Of a DNA stretch of 64,000 nt, positions 40,196 through 48,337 are shown in pieces. Each line of letters starts with the position of its first letter. The first letter of the stretch is position 1. The stretch spans positions 608,001-672,000 of the forward strand of contig CBDCUI010000009.1 of the NCBI GenBank assembly GCA_965222615.1, given 5' to 3'. The notes beneath the pieces were generated by a model. It was not told where the DNA came from and did no database searches. It worked only from the letters and a program-made list of their open reading frames with translations. Origin of the DNA: Gammaproteobacteria bacterium (GTDB lineage Bacteria; Pseudomonadota; Gammaproteobacteria; UBA4575). The position numbers and the translations under genes were made by a program.

Positions 40196-40891
40196 CTAGT
40201 GTTTGTAAGGCTTAATGGCTTTTCGAATCGGTCGTGGGTCGTTTGTAGTCTTACCTGGTTTCGGTAACGCTACGCCAATTAAACAATCCCGTGTAACAAT
40301 TTCGGTTAATTGATCTTCAGTCCAACCCTCTGTTCCCTCAGGACGTACTGGCATCACAATAAACCGAGACTTCTGATTCGAGTCTTCAACTCTCACTTCA
40401 ACGTCTGCTGGAAGCTGCAAACCAAACTCTGCAAGTACTTGGCGCGGCCAGCGTACTAAGCGTCGTCGATAGTTCGGTGTTCGATACCACTCTGGAGATT
40501 GACCAAGAATCGGTCGTGGGTAACAGGAACACAGTGTACACACCACCACGTGATGTAGCTTCGGTGTATCCTCAAGAACACGTAAATTGCAATAATCACT
40601 AGGTGTACCAAACTTAGTAGGCATTTGATTAACCCAGTCGATACCTACTTCCAGACTGGCTTTAACACCGTCTTCCACAGCCAACTTTTTGAATTCAGGA
40701 TCCAACCATGCTTTGGCAACTAGACGCGCAGCAGGTGTTGGCCCCAGTGTGTGCATATATTCTGTCCACGCCTGATGATCTTCCGCAGTGAACAGACCTT
40801 TCTCAATAGCAAGTTCGCGAACCGCAATTTCAAGTATCTCAAACTCACTGACTTCATCCACCATTGGTGCGGGTTTATGCTTCTCTGCCAT
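40196..40891 (-). CDS. scnC: Thiocyanate hydrolase gamma subunit (Co-binding)
   Basis: VVCTLCSCYP Co-type claw motif; LGQSPEWYRTPNYRRRLVRWPR. Confidence 0.95.
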   Translation of the reverse strand: MAEKHKPAPMVDEVSEFEILEIAVRELAIEKGLFTAEDHQAWTEYMHTLGPTPAARLVAKAWLDPEFKKLAVEDGVKASLEVGIDWVNQMPTKFGTPSDYCNLRVLEDTPKLHHVVVCTLCSCYPRPILGQSPEWYRTPNYRRRLVRWPRQVLAEFGLQLPADVEVRVEDSNQKSRFIVMPVRPEGTEGWTEDQLTEIVTRDCLIGVALPKPGKTTNDPRPIRKAIKPYKH

Positions 40892-40949
40892 TTGTTCTTC
40901 CTCTTCTAATAATTAAGTTCTGATTGTTCTGCTGTATCGCTGTTGTTTT

Positions 40950-41318
40950 TTAAAGAGGCTCTAGCCATCGCTCGGGTAACTCAGTCTCTAAAGTATCGTT
41001 TGCAAATGTATCTGGATAATCCGGCCAAAGATCCTTTTGCTTGAATACCAAACTATAAAACCATTCAGGATTTTCCGTGTTATCCCAAGCCTCATCTTCT
41101 GCAGGAGGGCTTTCATAGACCAATGCAACAACAACTGCAGGAGCGCCACGTGTATAAGCTTGAGTGCGGGTATAAAAAATATCTGGCAGATCTCTGATAC
41201 GTACTTTATCGCCTACTTTAAATTTAGGTTTGCTAGCTTCACCTTTAAAGCATTGTGGATCACCTATTCCAGTAGCTTTTTTGACATGATGCTCTCTATC
41301 GTAATGTGGCTTACTCAT
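40950..41318 (-). CDS. scnA: Thiocyanate hydrolase alpha subunit
   Basis: ATGIGDPQCFKG, DLPDIFYTRT, FANDTLETELPERWLE resemble Thiobacillus ScnA as recalled; start at ATG 41318. Confidence 0.93.
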   Translation of the reverse strand: MSKPHYDREHHVKKATGIGDPQCFKGEASKPKFKVGDKVRIRDLPDIFYTRTQAYTRGAPAVVVALVYESPPAEDEAWDNTENPEWFYSLVFKQKDLWPDYPDTFANDTLETELPERWLEPL

Positions 41319-41742
41319 AACGTTTTTTAACCTCGTCAATCTTGTCCTGAAGTTCAGTAAGTGTGACGTATTGCTTATCAACTAATATCAATGCAGCGGT
41401 AAGCAACCACCGACCATAATAAGGAAGACCCAAATATTGCGTCTGACCTACATCTACGTTTTGGCGACGCCGTCTTTCCTCTGCATTCCAAACACCGCGC
41501 CAAGCTAAAACTTCACAAGTTACAAAGGTATTGTGTTCCCACACTTCCTCTTCCTTTTCTTCCCAAGGAATGGGCACATCTCGTTCACCGCCTACGTCAT
41601 GTGCTGCTCGTGTATAGGCACGATATTGTTCGTTAGTAACCTCATCGGGAGATGGGGCATGTGTTTCTTGATGCAACGCTGGCTGTAACAGACCGACAAG
41701 ATTAAGATGGCTTAGAACTCGATCTCTAGTAGAAGATGACAT
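41311..41742 (-). CDS. scnB: Thiocyanate hydrolase beta subunit
   Basis: QPALHQETHAP, HDVGGE, LAWRGVWNAEERRR, DVGQTQYLGLPYYGRWL resemble Thiobacillus ScnB as recalled. Confidence 0.93.
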   Translation of the reverse strand: MSSSTRDRVLSHLNLVGLLQPALHQETHAPSPDEVTNEQYRAYTRAAHDVGGERDVPIPWEEKEEEVWEHNTFVTCEVLAWRGVWNAEERRRRQNVDVGQTQYLGLPYYGRWLLTAALILVDKQYVTLTELQDKIDEVKKRYE

Positions 41743-41901
41743 GGCCTTGTACTCCTTCTTCCGATTATTTTTTTAAATAATTTTTGGCAAGTTGTCTTGC
41801 AGCTCAAGCGATACGCACTGTTTTAGAATTTGGTTATATACTTATTTTATAAGGTATTCACTTGACCTGATGACAAGTCTAATGGAGATGTGTTATTAAT
41901 C

Positions 41902-41941
41902 CCAAGACTTTGTATTTATAAATCCTATAGGAGTTACCTAT
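41902..41941 (-). promoter_or_regulatory. LysR/CynR-type operator between scnB and the LysR gene
   Basis: ATAG-N7-CTAT at 41927-41941 overlaps the LysR SD and start codon; followed on the scn strand by ATAA-at-ACAAAGTCTT. Confidence 0.8.
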
Positions 41942-42980
41942 GGATAGACGACATATCTTCCCGCGATCTCTTCAATATTTGATCGCAATTGCTGAACATG
42001 GCAGCTATACCCGTGCCGCCGAGGTATTACACGTCTCTCAGCCAACTTTATCGCAACAAATTAAGCAATTAGAAGGATCATTGGGATCGCCGCTATTAGA
42101 CCGTTCCGGTAGAACAGTACGCTTAACTGATGCCGGAAAAATTTATCTACATCATGTGCGTCGTGCTTGGGGCGAACTCGATGCAGGAACTCGCGCAATT
42201 AACGATGTGCAAGATTTAACCCGTGGCTTTTTGCGTTTGGGATGGACTCCAATCACCGACTACATGACTTGTTCCTTATTGGAAAACTTTAACAGTCGCT
42301 ATCCCGGCATCACATTAAGCACTTTGGAAATGCCTCAAGATGATATTGAAGTGGCCGTATCTGAAGCCCATATCGATGTCGGTATTGTTTTCAGTAAACC
42401 ATTTTCGCCTGAAGCAAGACCAACCGAAATTGTTACTGACATGTTGTTTAAAGAACCACTATGCGTTGCCGTAGGTAATGCACATCCTCTTGCTGGAAAG
42501 CAGGAAACCATGAGTGTAGAAGAACTTGGCGAAGAATCTTTGGTTTTACTCAATACTCACTTCGCGATGCGGCGCCACCTTGATCTGTATTGCCGCAATC
42601 AAGACATTTCACCGCGCATTGCAATCGAAACAAATTCTCTTAGCGTAATTATAGAACTGATTCAGCTCGGTGCACTTGCGACTATACTACCTATCAGTAT
42701 CATTCATTCACAGTATGGTCTTTATGCAATTAATGTTTCACCCGAAATACCACCTAAAGCAATCACCTTAATTTACCGTAAAGGTGCTTACAGAAGTCCA
42801 GCCTGTCTAGCTTTTTCAGAATTGGCTGCAGATTGGTCTGCGCGCAGACTTCAGGAAATTCCGATTCGAAGACGACTACCTTATCCACTACCTGAAAAAT
42901 ATTATCAAAACAAAAATCAACAAAATCCTAAAGAAGAGCCGTTGGCAAAGAAGGTGCAAAACATTATGAAAATAGATTGA
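41940..42980 (+). CDS. cynR: CynR-like LysR regulator
   Basis: AEHGSYTRAAEVLHVSQPTLSQQIKQLE, LDRSGRTVRLTDAG; divergent from scn, near cynS. Confidence 0.85.
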   Translation: MDRRHIFPRSLQYLIAIAEHGSYTRAAEVLHVSQPTLSQQIKQLEGSLGSPLLDRSGRTVRLTDAGKIYLHHVRRAWGELDAGTRAINDVQDLTRGFLRLGWTPITDYMTCSLLENFNSRYPGITLSTLEMPQDDIEVAVSEAHIDVGIVFSKPFSPEARPTEIVTDMLFKEPLCVAVGNAHPLAGKQETMSVEELGEESLVLLNTHFAMRRHLDLYCRNQDISPRIAIETNSLSVIIELIQLGALATILPISIIHSQYGLYAINVSPEIPPKAITLIYRKGAYRSPACLAFSELAADWSARRLQEIPIRRRLPYPLPEKYYQNKNQQNPKEEPLAKKVQNIMKID

Positions 42981-43014
42981 GATAATTGTTAGATACGCTA
43001 AACATTACACATGA

Positions 43015-44328
43015 TTATTTATTTGTAACCGCTACGTGAACTTCACCCTCTAAGACAGGCGGTAATGGCCCGCCCGTTGCCCAATCTAATAATTCAACAG
43101 TATGCACCACCGGTATTTTCGTAGCAGAGCCAATCTGTAACATACACCCTATATTACCTGCAGCAATGACATGTGGCGCACCAAGCTGCAGTGACTCAAC
43201 TTTACGCGCTCTTAACTGCTTTGAAATTTCGGGCTGCAAAAGGTTATAGGTACCAGCAGAACCACAACATGTGTGTGGATCTTTTGGTTCGAGTACAGTA
43301 AAACCCGCTGCTTTTAATAGCTTTTTTGGTGTAAACCTAATTCGCTGCCCAAATTGTAGTGAGCATGTGGCATGATAAGCCACGCGTAAATTGGGCATTG
43401 CCTTATAGTCCAAGTCGATTTTCGACAAAACTTCGGTAATGTCTTGAGCTAACGCAGAAATCGTCGCAGCATCTTGTGATAAATCACTATTTCGAAATAT
43501 CTCGACATAGTTTTTCACCATGACTCCACAGCCGCTAGCGTTGATCACCACTGCATCCAATCCTGCATCATTTACTTCTTTCATCCAGGCGCGAATGTTT
43601 TTCGCCGCCATCGCAAGACTTGGTTGAGACTTGCCCATATGGTAAGTCAACGCACCACAACAACTAGCGCCATCAGCAACGACCACTTCGCATCCATGAC
43701 GACGTAAAATGCGAATGGTTGCATTATTGATATTCGTATTCAGTGCCTTTTGCGCACAACCAGTCATCAAGACTACGCGACGCTTACATTCACCTTTTGC
43801 TGGAACAACTTGTGGTTCATCATTTGGGTTTGATGGCGATAACGTATTGGGCACCAACTCCAGCATTGCGCGCATTCTCTTGGGCAACGGACTGCTCGGC
43901 AATGACTTAGCTAATTGCCCCAAACGCATCATTATTCGCAAGCGTTTCGAGTAGGGCAAAATTTGTGCCAGGACCCAACGTTGGATGCGGTCAAATAGTG
44001 GGCGGTCATAGTTGTCCTCGATATATTCTCGGGCATGATCCACTAAATGCATATAGTTCACACTCGACGGACAGGTAGACATACACACTAAACAAGACAA
44101 GCAACGATCAATATGGTTGACGGTCTTTTTACTTGGCTCACCCCCATTCTCTAACATTTCCTTAATAAGATAAATGCGCCCACGTGGGCTATCAAATTCG
44201 TCTCCCAATAACTGATAAGTCGGACAGTTATTAATACAGTAACCACATTGCAAGCAGGCACTTAGCTCCACGTTAGACTGGGCCATAATAGGATTAGCCA
44301 GTTGTTCGGAAGTAAAATTGGTTTGCAT
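43015..44328 (-). CDS. glcF: Glycolate oxidase iron-sulfur subunit GlcF-like
   Basis: Two CxxCxxCxxxCP clusters, DSPRGRI, two CCG domains, GNIGC. Confidence 0.88.
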   Translation of the reverse strand: MQTNFTSEQLANPIMAQSNVELSACLQCGYCINNCPTYQLLGDEFDSPRGRIYLIKEMLENGGEPSKKTVNHIDRCLSCLVCMSTCPSSVNYMHLVDHAREYIEDNYDRPLFDRIQRWVLAQILPYSKRLRIMMRLGQLAKSLPSSPLPKRMRAMLELVPNTLSPSNPNDEPQVVPAKGECKRRVVLMTGCAQKALNTNINNATIRILRRHGCEVVVADGASCCGALTYHMGKSQPSLAMAAKNIRAWMKEVNDAGLDAVVINASGCGVMVKNYVEIFRNSDLSQDAATISALAQDITEVLSKIDLDYKAMPNLRVAYHATCSLQFGQRIRFTPKKLLKAAGFTVLEPKDPHTCCGSAGTYNLLQPEISKQLRARKVESLQLGAPHVIAAGNIGCMLQIGSATKIPVVHTVELLDWATGGPLPPVLEGEVHVAVTNK

Positions 44329-44526
44329 TGACCTATTCCATTTACTTATCAGAAAAACTTAACTTAACTATGAATTGTATTTTATAGCGCCACTTTAAAA
44401 AACTCATTTGACAAAATTTACAATCTATTTTTTCAACATTATTTAAAACTTTAAGAACAGATTCAAACCTATTAGCTATCGCTTAGGAAATAGAAACATT
44501 GGAGGAAACAACTAACTTTACACCCT

Positions 44527-44564
44527 ATTGTTAATCTCTATAGAGCTAATAAGAACAAAGTCTT
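44527..44564 (+). promoter_or_regulatory. LysR/CynR-type operator upstream of cynS
   Basis: ATTG-N7-CTAT-agagcta-ATAA-ga-ACAAAGTCTT. Confidence 0.75.
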
Positions 44565-44712
44565 TGATTTATACAGCCGTATCCCTAAAACTAGAATTAC
44601 CTGGCAAATTAGATTACTCAAATTTATTTAAATTTCCTCAAAAATAAATATTGGGATTGAGTTGCTATGTGATACCTGGCTATTGAAGATTACTTTTCAG
44701 CGAGGAGTCGAT

Positions 44713-45153
44713 ATGAATAAAGAAGAAATGACCGACTGCATTATTGCAGCAAAAAAAGCTAAAGGTCTCACCTGGGAAACCATTGCTCACAAAGTTGGTA
44801 AAGGCACAACCTGGGTAACCTCTGCTTGTTTAGGAATGAACAGCACCACTGAGGAAGTCGCAAAAAGCTTATGCGAAATTCTTGGGCTCGATGAAGATGT
44901 TTGTACAACATTACAAGAATATCCACACAAGGCATGGGACAAAACGATACCGCAAGATCCAGTAGTCTATCGATTTTATGAAATCGTTGGTGTCTATGGC
45001 GATACTATTAAAGAAATTATAGCTGAGAAGTTTGGGGATGGAATTATGAGTGCTATCGATTTTTCTATGGATATTGACAAAGAAGAAAACCCTAAAGGCG
45101 ATCGAGTGGTAATCACCATGAATGGTAAATTCTTAAAATATACTTCGTGGTAA
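44713..45153 (+). CDS. cynS: Cyanate hydratase (cyanase)
   Basis: DPVVYRFYE, EKFGDGIMSAIDF, GDRVVITMNGKFL; ATG 44713 behind GAGGAG. Confidence 0.96.
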   Translation: MNKEEMTDCIIAAKKAKGLTWETIAHKVGKGTTWVTSACLGMNSTTEEVAKSLCEILGLDEDVCTTLQEYPHKAWDKTIPQDPVVYRFYEIVGVYGDTIKEIIAEKFGDGIMSAIDFSMDIDKEENPKGDRVVITMNGKFLKYTSW

Positions 45154-45467
45154 TTGAACAAACGCTGATTTCTTTTTTTGAGCAAGTAGCTCAAAAAGAT
45201 ACAAGTCAATTAAACAAATTAAAACAAAATAAGTATTTCAGTGTAGAAAAGGAGCGCTGGTGTTTTACTTTGCCTGATTTATATGCCTTTCTGCGATTAC
45301 AAAATGATGACTTAAACGACATTGATTACCAACAATTTCGAAAATTAATTTTTAACAGTCCTATTAATCAAACCATTAAATCATATGGAGCTGAAATTAC
45401 GATTACAGACAATCAAACCAATGTCGATAAATCAAGCTATGCACTAGTCTGGAAAAGTATGAAATAA
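45147..45467 (+). CDS. Hypothetical protein overlapping cynS stop
   Basis: 106-aa ORF whose GTG start overlaps the cynS 3' end. Confidence 0.6.
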   Translation: MVIEQTLISFFEQVAQKDTSQLNKLKQNKYFSVEKERWCFTLPDLYAFLRLQNDDLNDIDYQQFRKLIFNSPINQTIKSYGAEITITDNQTNVDKSSYALVWKSMK

Positions 45468-45538
45468 GTTTTTATTTAATCTTAAGAATAAGTGAATTAA
45501 GCTCAAATTAATATTTTTCTCAGAACAGTTGACTATCA

Positions 45539-45808
45539 TTAATCCTCAGTACGACGTCGTTTGCTAGCATCTGCAAGATGCACAATTCCGTAAGAAATAC
45601 CAAAACCAATAAACAAAGATATTATAATCAAGACAATATTTGCTAAATTGATATCCCCGCCAAGTTTCGTATTCACATCAAAAATATTGGCTAAAATATT
45701 CATAGTCAGCAAAGCAATAAAAATACCTCCAAAAAAGAAAATGCGGAACGGCCTAGTGCCTGTTGTTATCACATCGACGACTATATCCCGCATTTTTCGT
45801 TTCATCAC
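45539..45808 (-). CDS. Small two-TM membrane protein
   Basis: Two hydrophobic segments with basic termini. Confidence 0.6.
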   Translation of the reverse strand: MMKRKMRDIVVDVITTGTRPFRIFFFGGIFIALLTMNILANIFDVNTKLGGDINLANIVLIIISLFIGFGISYGIVHLADASKRRRTED

Positions 45809-45923
45809 GTGTTTCGCTTTAACTCAAAAAACGTCTCCCGAAATATTATATTTATATTTACATGGTACAGTAATCGCTTATAAACCACATTTAGTAATCT
45901 AACAAGCGGCACTATTTTTACAT

Positions 45924-46706
45924 ATGTCCAACAAATTACAGAATACTAAAACTGATGTTCTACAGTTTGTTCATATCACAGATACTCATCTGCTGAATCA
46001 AGCAAATGAAACTTTTCATGGTTTAAATACAAAAAAAAATTTAGAGGCGGTTTTAAACCATTGTCAAATACGCTATCCAAACATAGATTTTTTGCTGTTT
46101 ACGGGTGATATTTCTCAAACAGGCGATGAGGCAAGTTATACAATCTTCAACTCAATAATACGCCAATATAAAATCCCCATTTACTGTATTCCAGGCAATC
46201 ACGACATCCCAAAATTTTTACAGCATATTATTCCAAGTTGTCCAAAGGAGACAATTAGAACGATTCAATTCGGTAAGTTTTCACTAATTTTATTAAACAG
46301 CTGGGTAGAAAACCAACACCACGGAATGATCTCTCAACATTGTCTGTTGGAATTAAAAAGTTTCCTGCAAAAAAATAGTGGACAATTTAATATTATAGCG
46401 ATTCATCACCCGCCCATAATAATTAACAGTAAGTGGCTTGATGAAATTGGCTTACAGAATAAAGCGGATTTTTTACAAGTCATTCATAAATATGCGCCAA
46501 ATTCATTACTGATATTTGGACATATTCATCAAGAAATCGACCAGCAGCAAGACTCACTGCGTTTCCTTTCTACACCATCTACCTGTCATCAATACAAAGC
46601 GAATTCTGAGTGCATGCAGTGTATTTTCACACCACCGCCTACATATCGATTTATAAAGCTAAACCCAACACATCATATTGAAACAAATCTTCATTATATT
46701 GAATAA
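45924..46706 (+). CDS. cpdA: CpdA-like cyclic-nucleotide phosphodiesterase
   Basis: ITDTHL, TGDISQ, PGNHD, HHPP, GHIHQ, TPSTCHQ. Confidence 0.85.
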   Translation: MSNKLQNTKTDVLQFVHITDTHLLNQANETFHGLNTKKNLEAVLNHCQIRYPNIDFLLFTGDISQTGDEASYTIFNSIIRQYKIPIYCIPGNHDIPKFLQHIIPSCPKETIRTIQFGKFSLILLNSWVENQHHGMISQHCLLELKSFLQKNSGQFNIIAIHHPPIIINSKWLDEIGLQNKADFLQVIHKYAPNSLLIFGHIHQEIDQQQDSLRFLSTPSTCHQYKANSECMQCIFTPPPTYRFIKLNPTHHIETNLHYIE

Positions 46707-46836
46707 GATAACCGCATGATTTAAACCAGAATCCTAACCCGTCTTCTACTGCCCACCATTAAAAACTTCTTGTCATAGCAGTCATTGACAAGACCTAGCA
46801 TATTTATGATCACAAGTAATAACGTAATTTCGATCT

Positions 46837-46874
46837 ATAGCCAATACCTATAGGTTTAATAAATACAAAGTATT
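46837..46874 (+). promoter_or_regulatory. LysR/CynR-type operator upstream of cbtBA
   Basis: ATAG-N7-CTAT-aggttta-ATAA-at-ACAAAGTATT. Confidence 0.75.
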
Positions 46875-47064
46875 CGGATTAATAAAACTTCTCCTTTAGA
46901 CTTAACCATTAGCTCAATTGAACAATCGATTAAATAAGTATATAAGCGAATTCTTAAATTTAACAGACAGCTCTTGATCTCAAAAAGTAAACAGATCTGC
47001 ATTTAGATTCGCGCCAAGATTTGTTTTAGATAATTTTAAGAATCAGAAGGAAGGAGAATTAGCG

Positions 47065-47262
47065 ATGAGTACAGTCAAAGAGGCAACCAGCTTGCTAACT
47101 CAAATCCAAACTGGTGAGATACCTTGGTCAACTATATATGCCGTTAGTGCAGCCATTCTCACTGGTGTATTCATTATTGCAGCCGTAGGTTTTGCTGGAC
47201 CAGAAGTTTTGCATAATGCTGCTCATGACATTCGTCATGGATTAGCTTTTCCTTGTCACTAA
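47065..47262 (+). CDS. cbtB: Cobalt transporter subunit CbtB
   Basis: TM followed by HNAAHDIRHGLAFPCH. Confidence 0.92.
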   Translation: MSTVKEATSLLTQIQTGEIPWSTIYAVSAAILTGVFIIAAVGFAGPEVLHNAAHDIRHGLAFPCH

Positions 47263-47283
47263 ACTTTTACAACCTCAATAACA

Positions 47284-47991
47284 ATGAAAACCTTTAATAG
47301 GATTTTTTTGTCGGCGCTATTTTCTGGTGTACTAGCCGGTCTAGTACTCGCAGGAATCCAACACTTTACCGTCATCCCAATGATTCTAGAAGCCGAAACC
47401 TATGAGACAACCGATACAAATGAAAATACAACTGCAATGAATCAAGAGGAAGAAGCCTGGGCACCTGAAGATGGTGCTGAAAGAACTTTTTATACGGCTA
47501 CGAATAGTATGATTGTTGGTATCGGGTTTGGTCTACTATTAGCAGCATGCTATGCATTTCGAGGCAGTGTTACTTGGGGCAAGGGCCTGTTATGGGGGCT
47601 TGCTGGTTTTGCCACATTTCACCTCGCGCCTTCTTTTGGTTTACCTCCAGAACTTCCTGGAGATGCTGCCGCTGGTTTGGAACAAAGACAAATTTGGTGG
47701 TTATTAACCGTAATTGTTACAGCAATGGGGCTTTGGATCATTGCTTTTCAACCAAAACATTATCTTAAATTATTCGGTGTAGCATTAATCATATTGCCGC
47801 ATATATTTGGTGCACCACAACCTGAAGTGCATGGAGGCTTAGCTCCGGAAGAGCTTAGAAATACTTTTATGTATACCTCTCTTGCTACAAACGCAATTTT
47901 CTGGATTGTGTTAGGAATGCTTAGCGCCTATTTTTACAATAGATTTGATAAACCTATAGAAAATACAGCAGTGAACGCTGCATTGAGTTAA
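47284..47991 (+). CDS. cbtA: Cobalt transporter subunit CbtA
   Basis: PMILEAETYE, WAPEDGAER, APSFGLPPELPG, PHIFGAP. Confidence 0.93.
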   Translation: MKTFNRIFLSALFSGVLAGLVLAGIQHFTVIPMILEAETYETTDTNENTTAMNQEEEAWAPEDGAERTFYTATNSMIVGIGFGLLLAACYAFRGSVTWGKGLLWGLAGFATFHLAPSFGLPPELPGDAAAGLEQRQIWWLLTVIVTAMGLWIIAFQPKHYLKLFGVALIILPHIFGAPQPEVHGGLAPEELRNTFMYTSLATNAIFWIVLGMLSAYFYNRFDKPIENTAVNAALS

Positions 47992-48213
47992 CTGAAAAAG
48001 AGTAATAAGAACAGATTTGAGTAGCTAGGTCTTTTATCTATTCAAGAATAAGAATATTCATTAGAGAACTAAATCTAGCTTTTTAAAATATTTGAAGAAA
48101 AATTATTTTCCCAATACTCAGAGCGTACTTGGTCTAAGTACGCATACGCACGCTAATTAAACAAAGGAGTTTAGTGTGGTAACAACTAGACTTCTTCATT
48201 AGCGAGAATAACT

Positions 48214-48228
48214 ATAGATAATAACTAT
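48214..48228. promoter_or_regulatory. Possible fifth LysR core site upstream of TonB receptor
   Basis: ATAG-ataataa-CTAT, lacking the downstream ACAAAGT box. Confidence 0.4.
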
Positions 48229-48337
48229 GGGAACATATTGAATAATAGGTAAAAACTAATAAAAAATACGCGCAAAAACTTAACAAATGTTTCTGCGGTG
48301 AGTATCACGACCACTTAAATGGTATGAGGAACTATAC

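Noticed and set aside
40196-41742. Ordinary nitrile hydratase
   Set aside because: The three-subunit split and the subunit sequences fit thiocyanate hydrolase.
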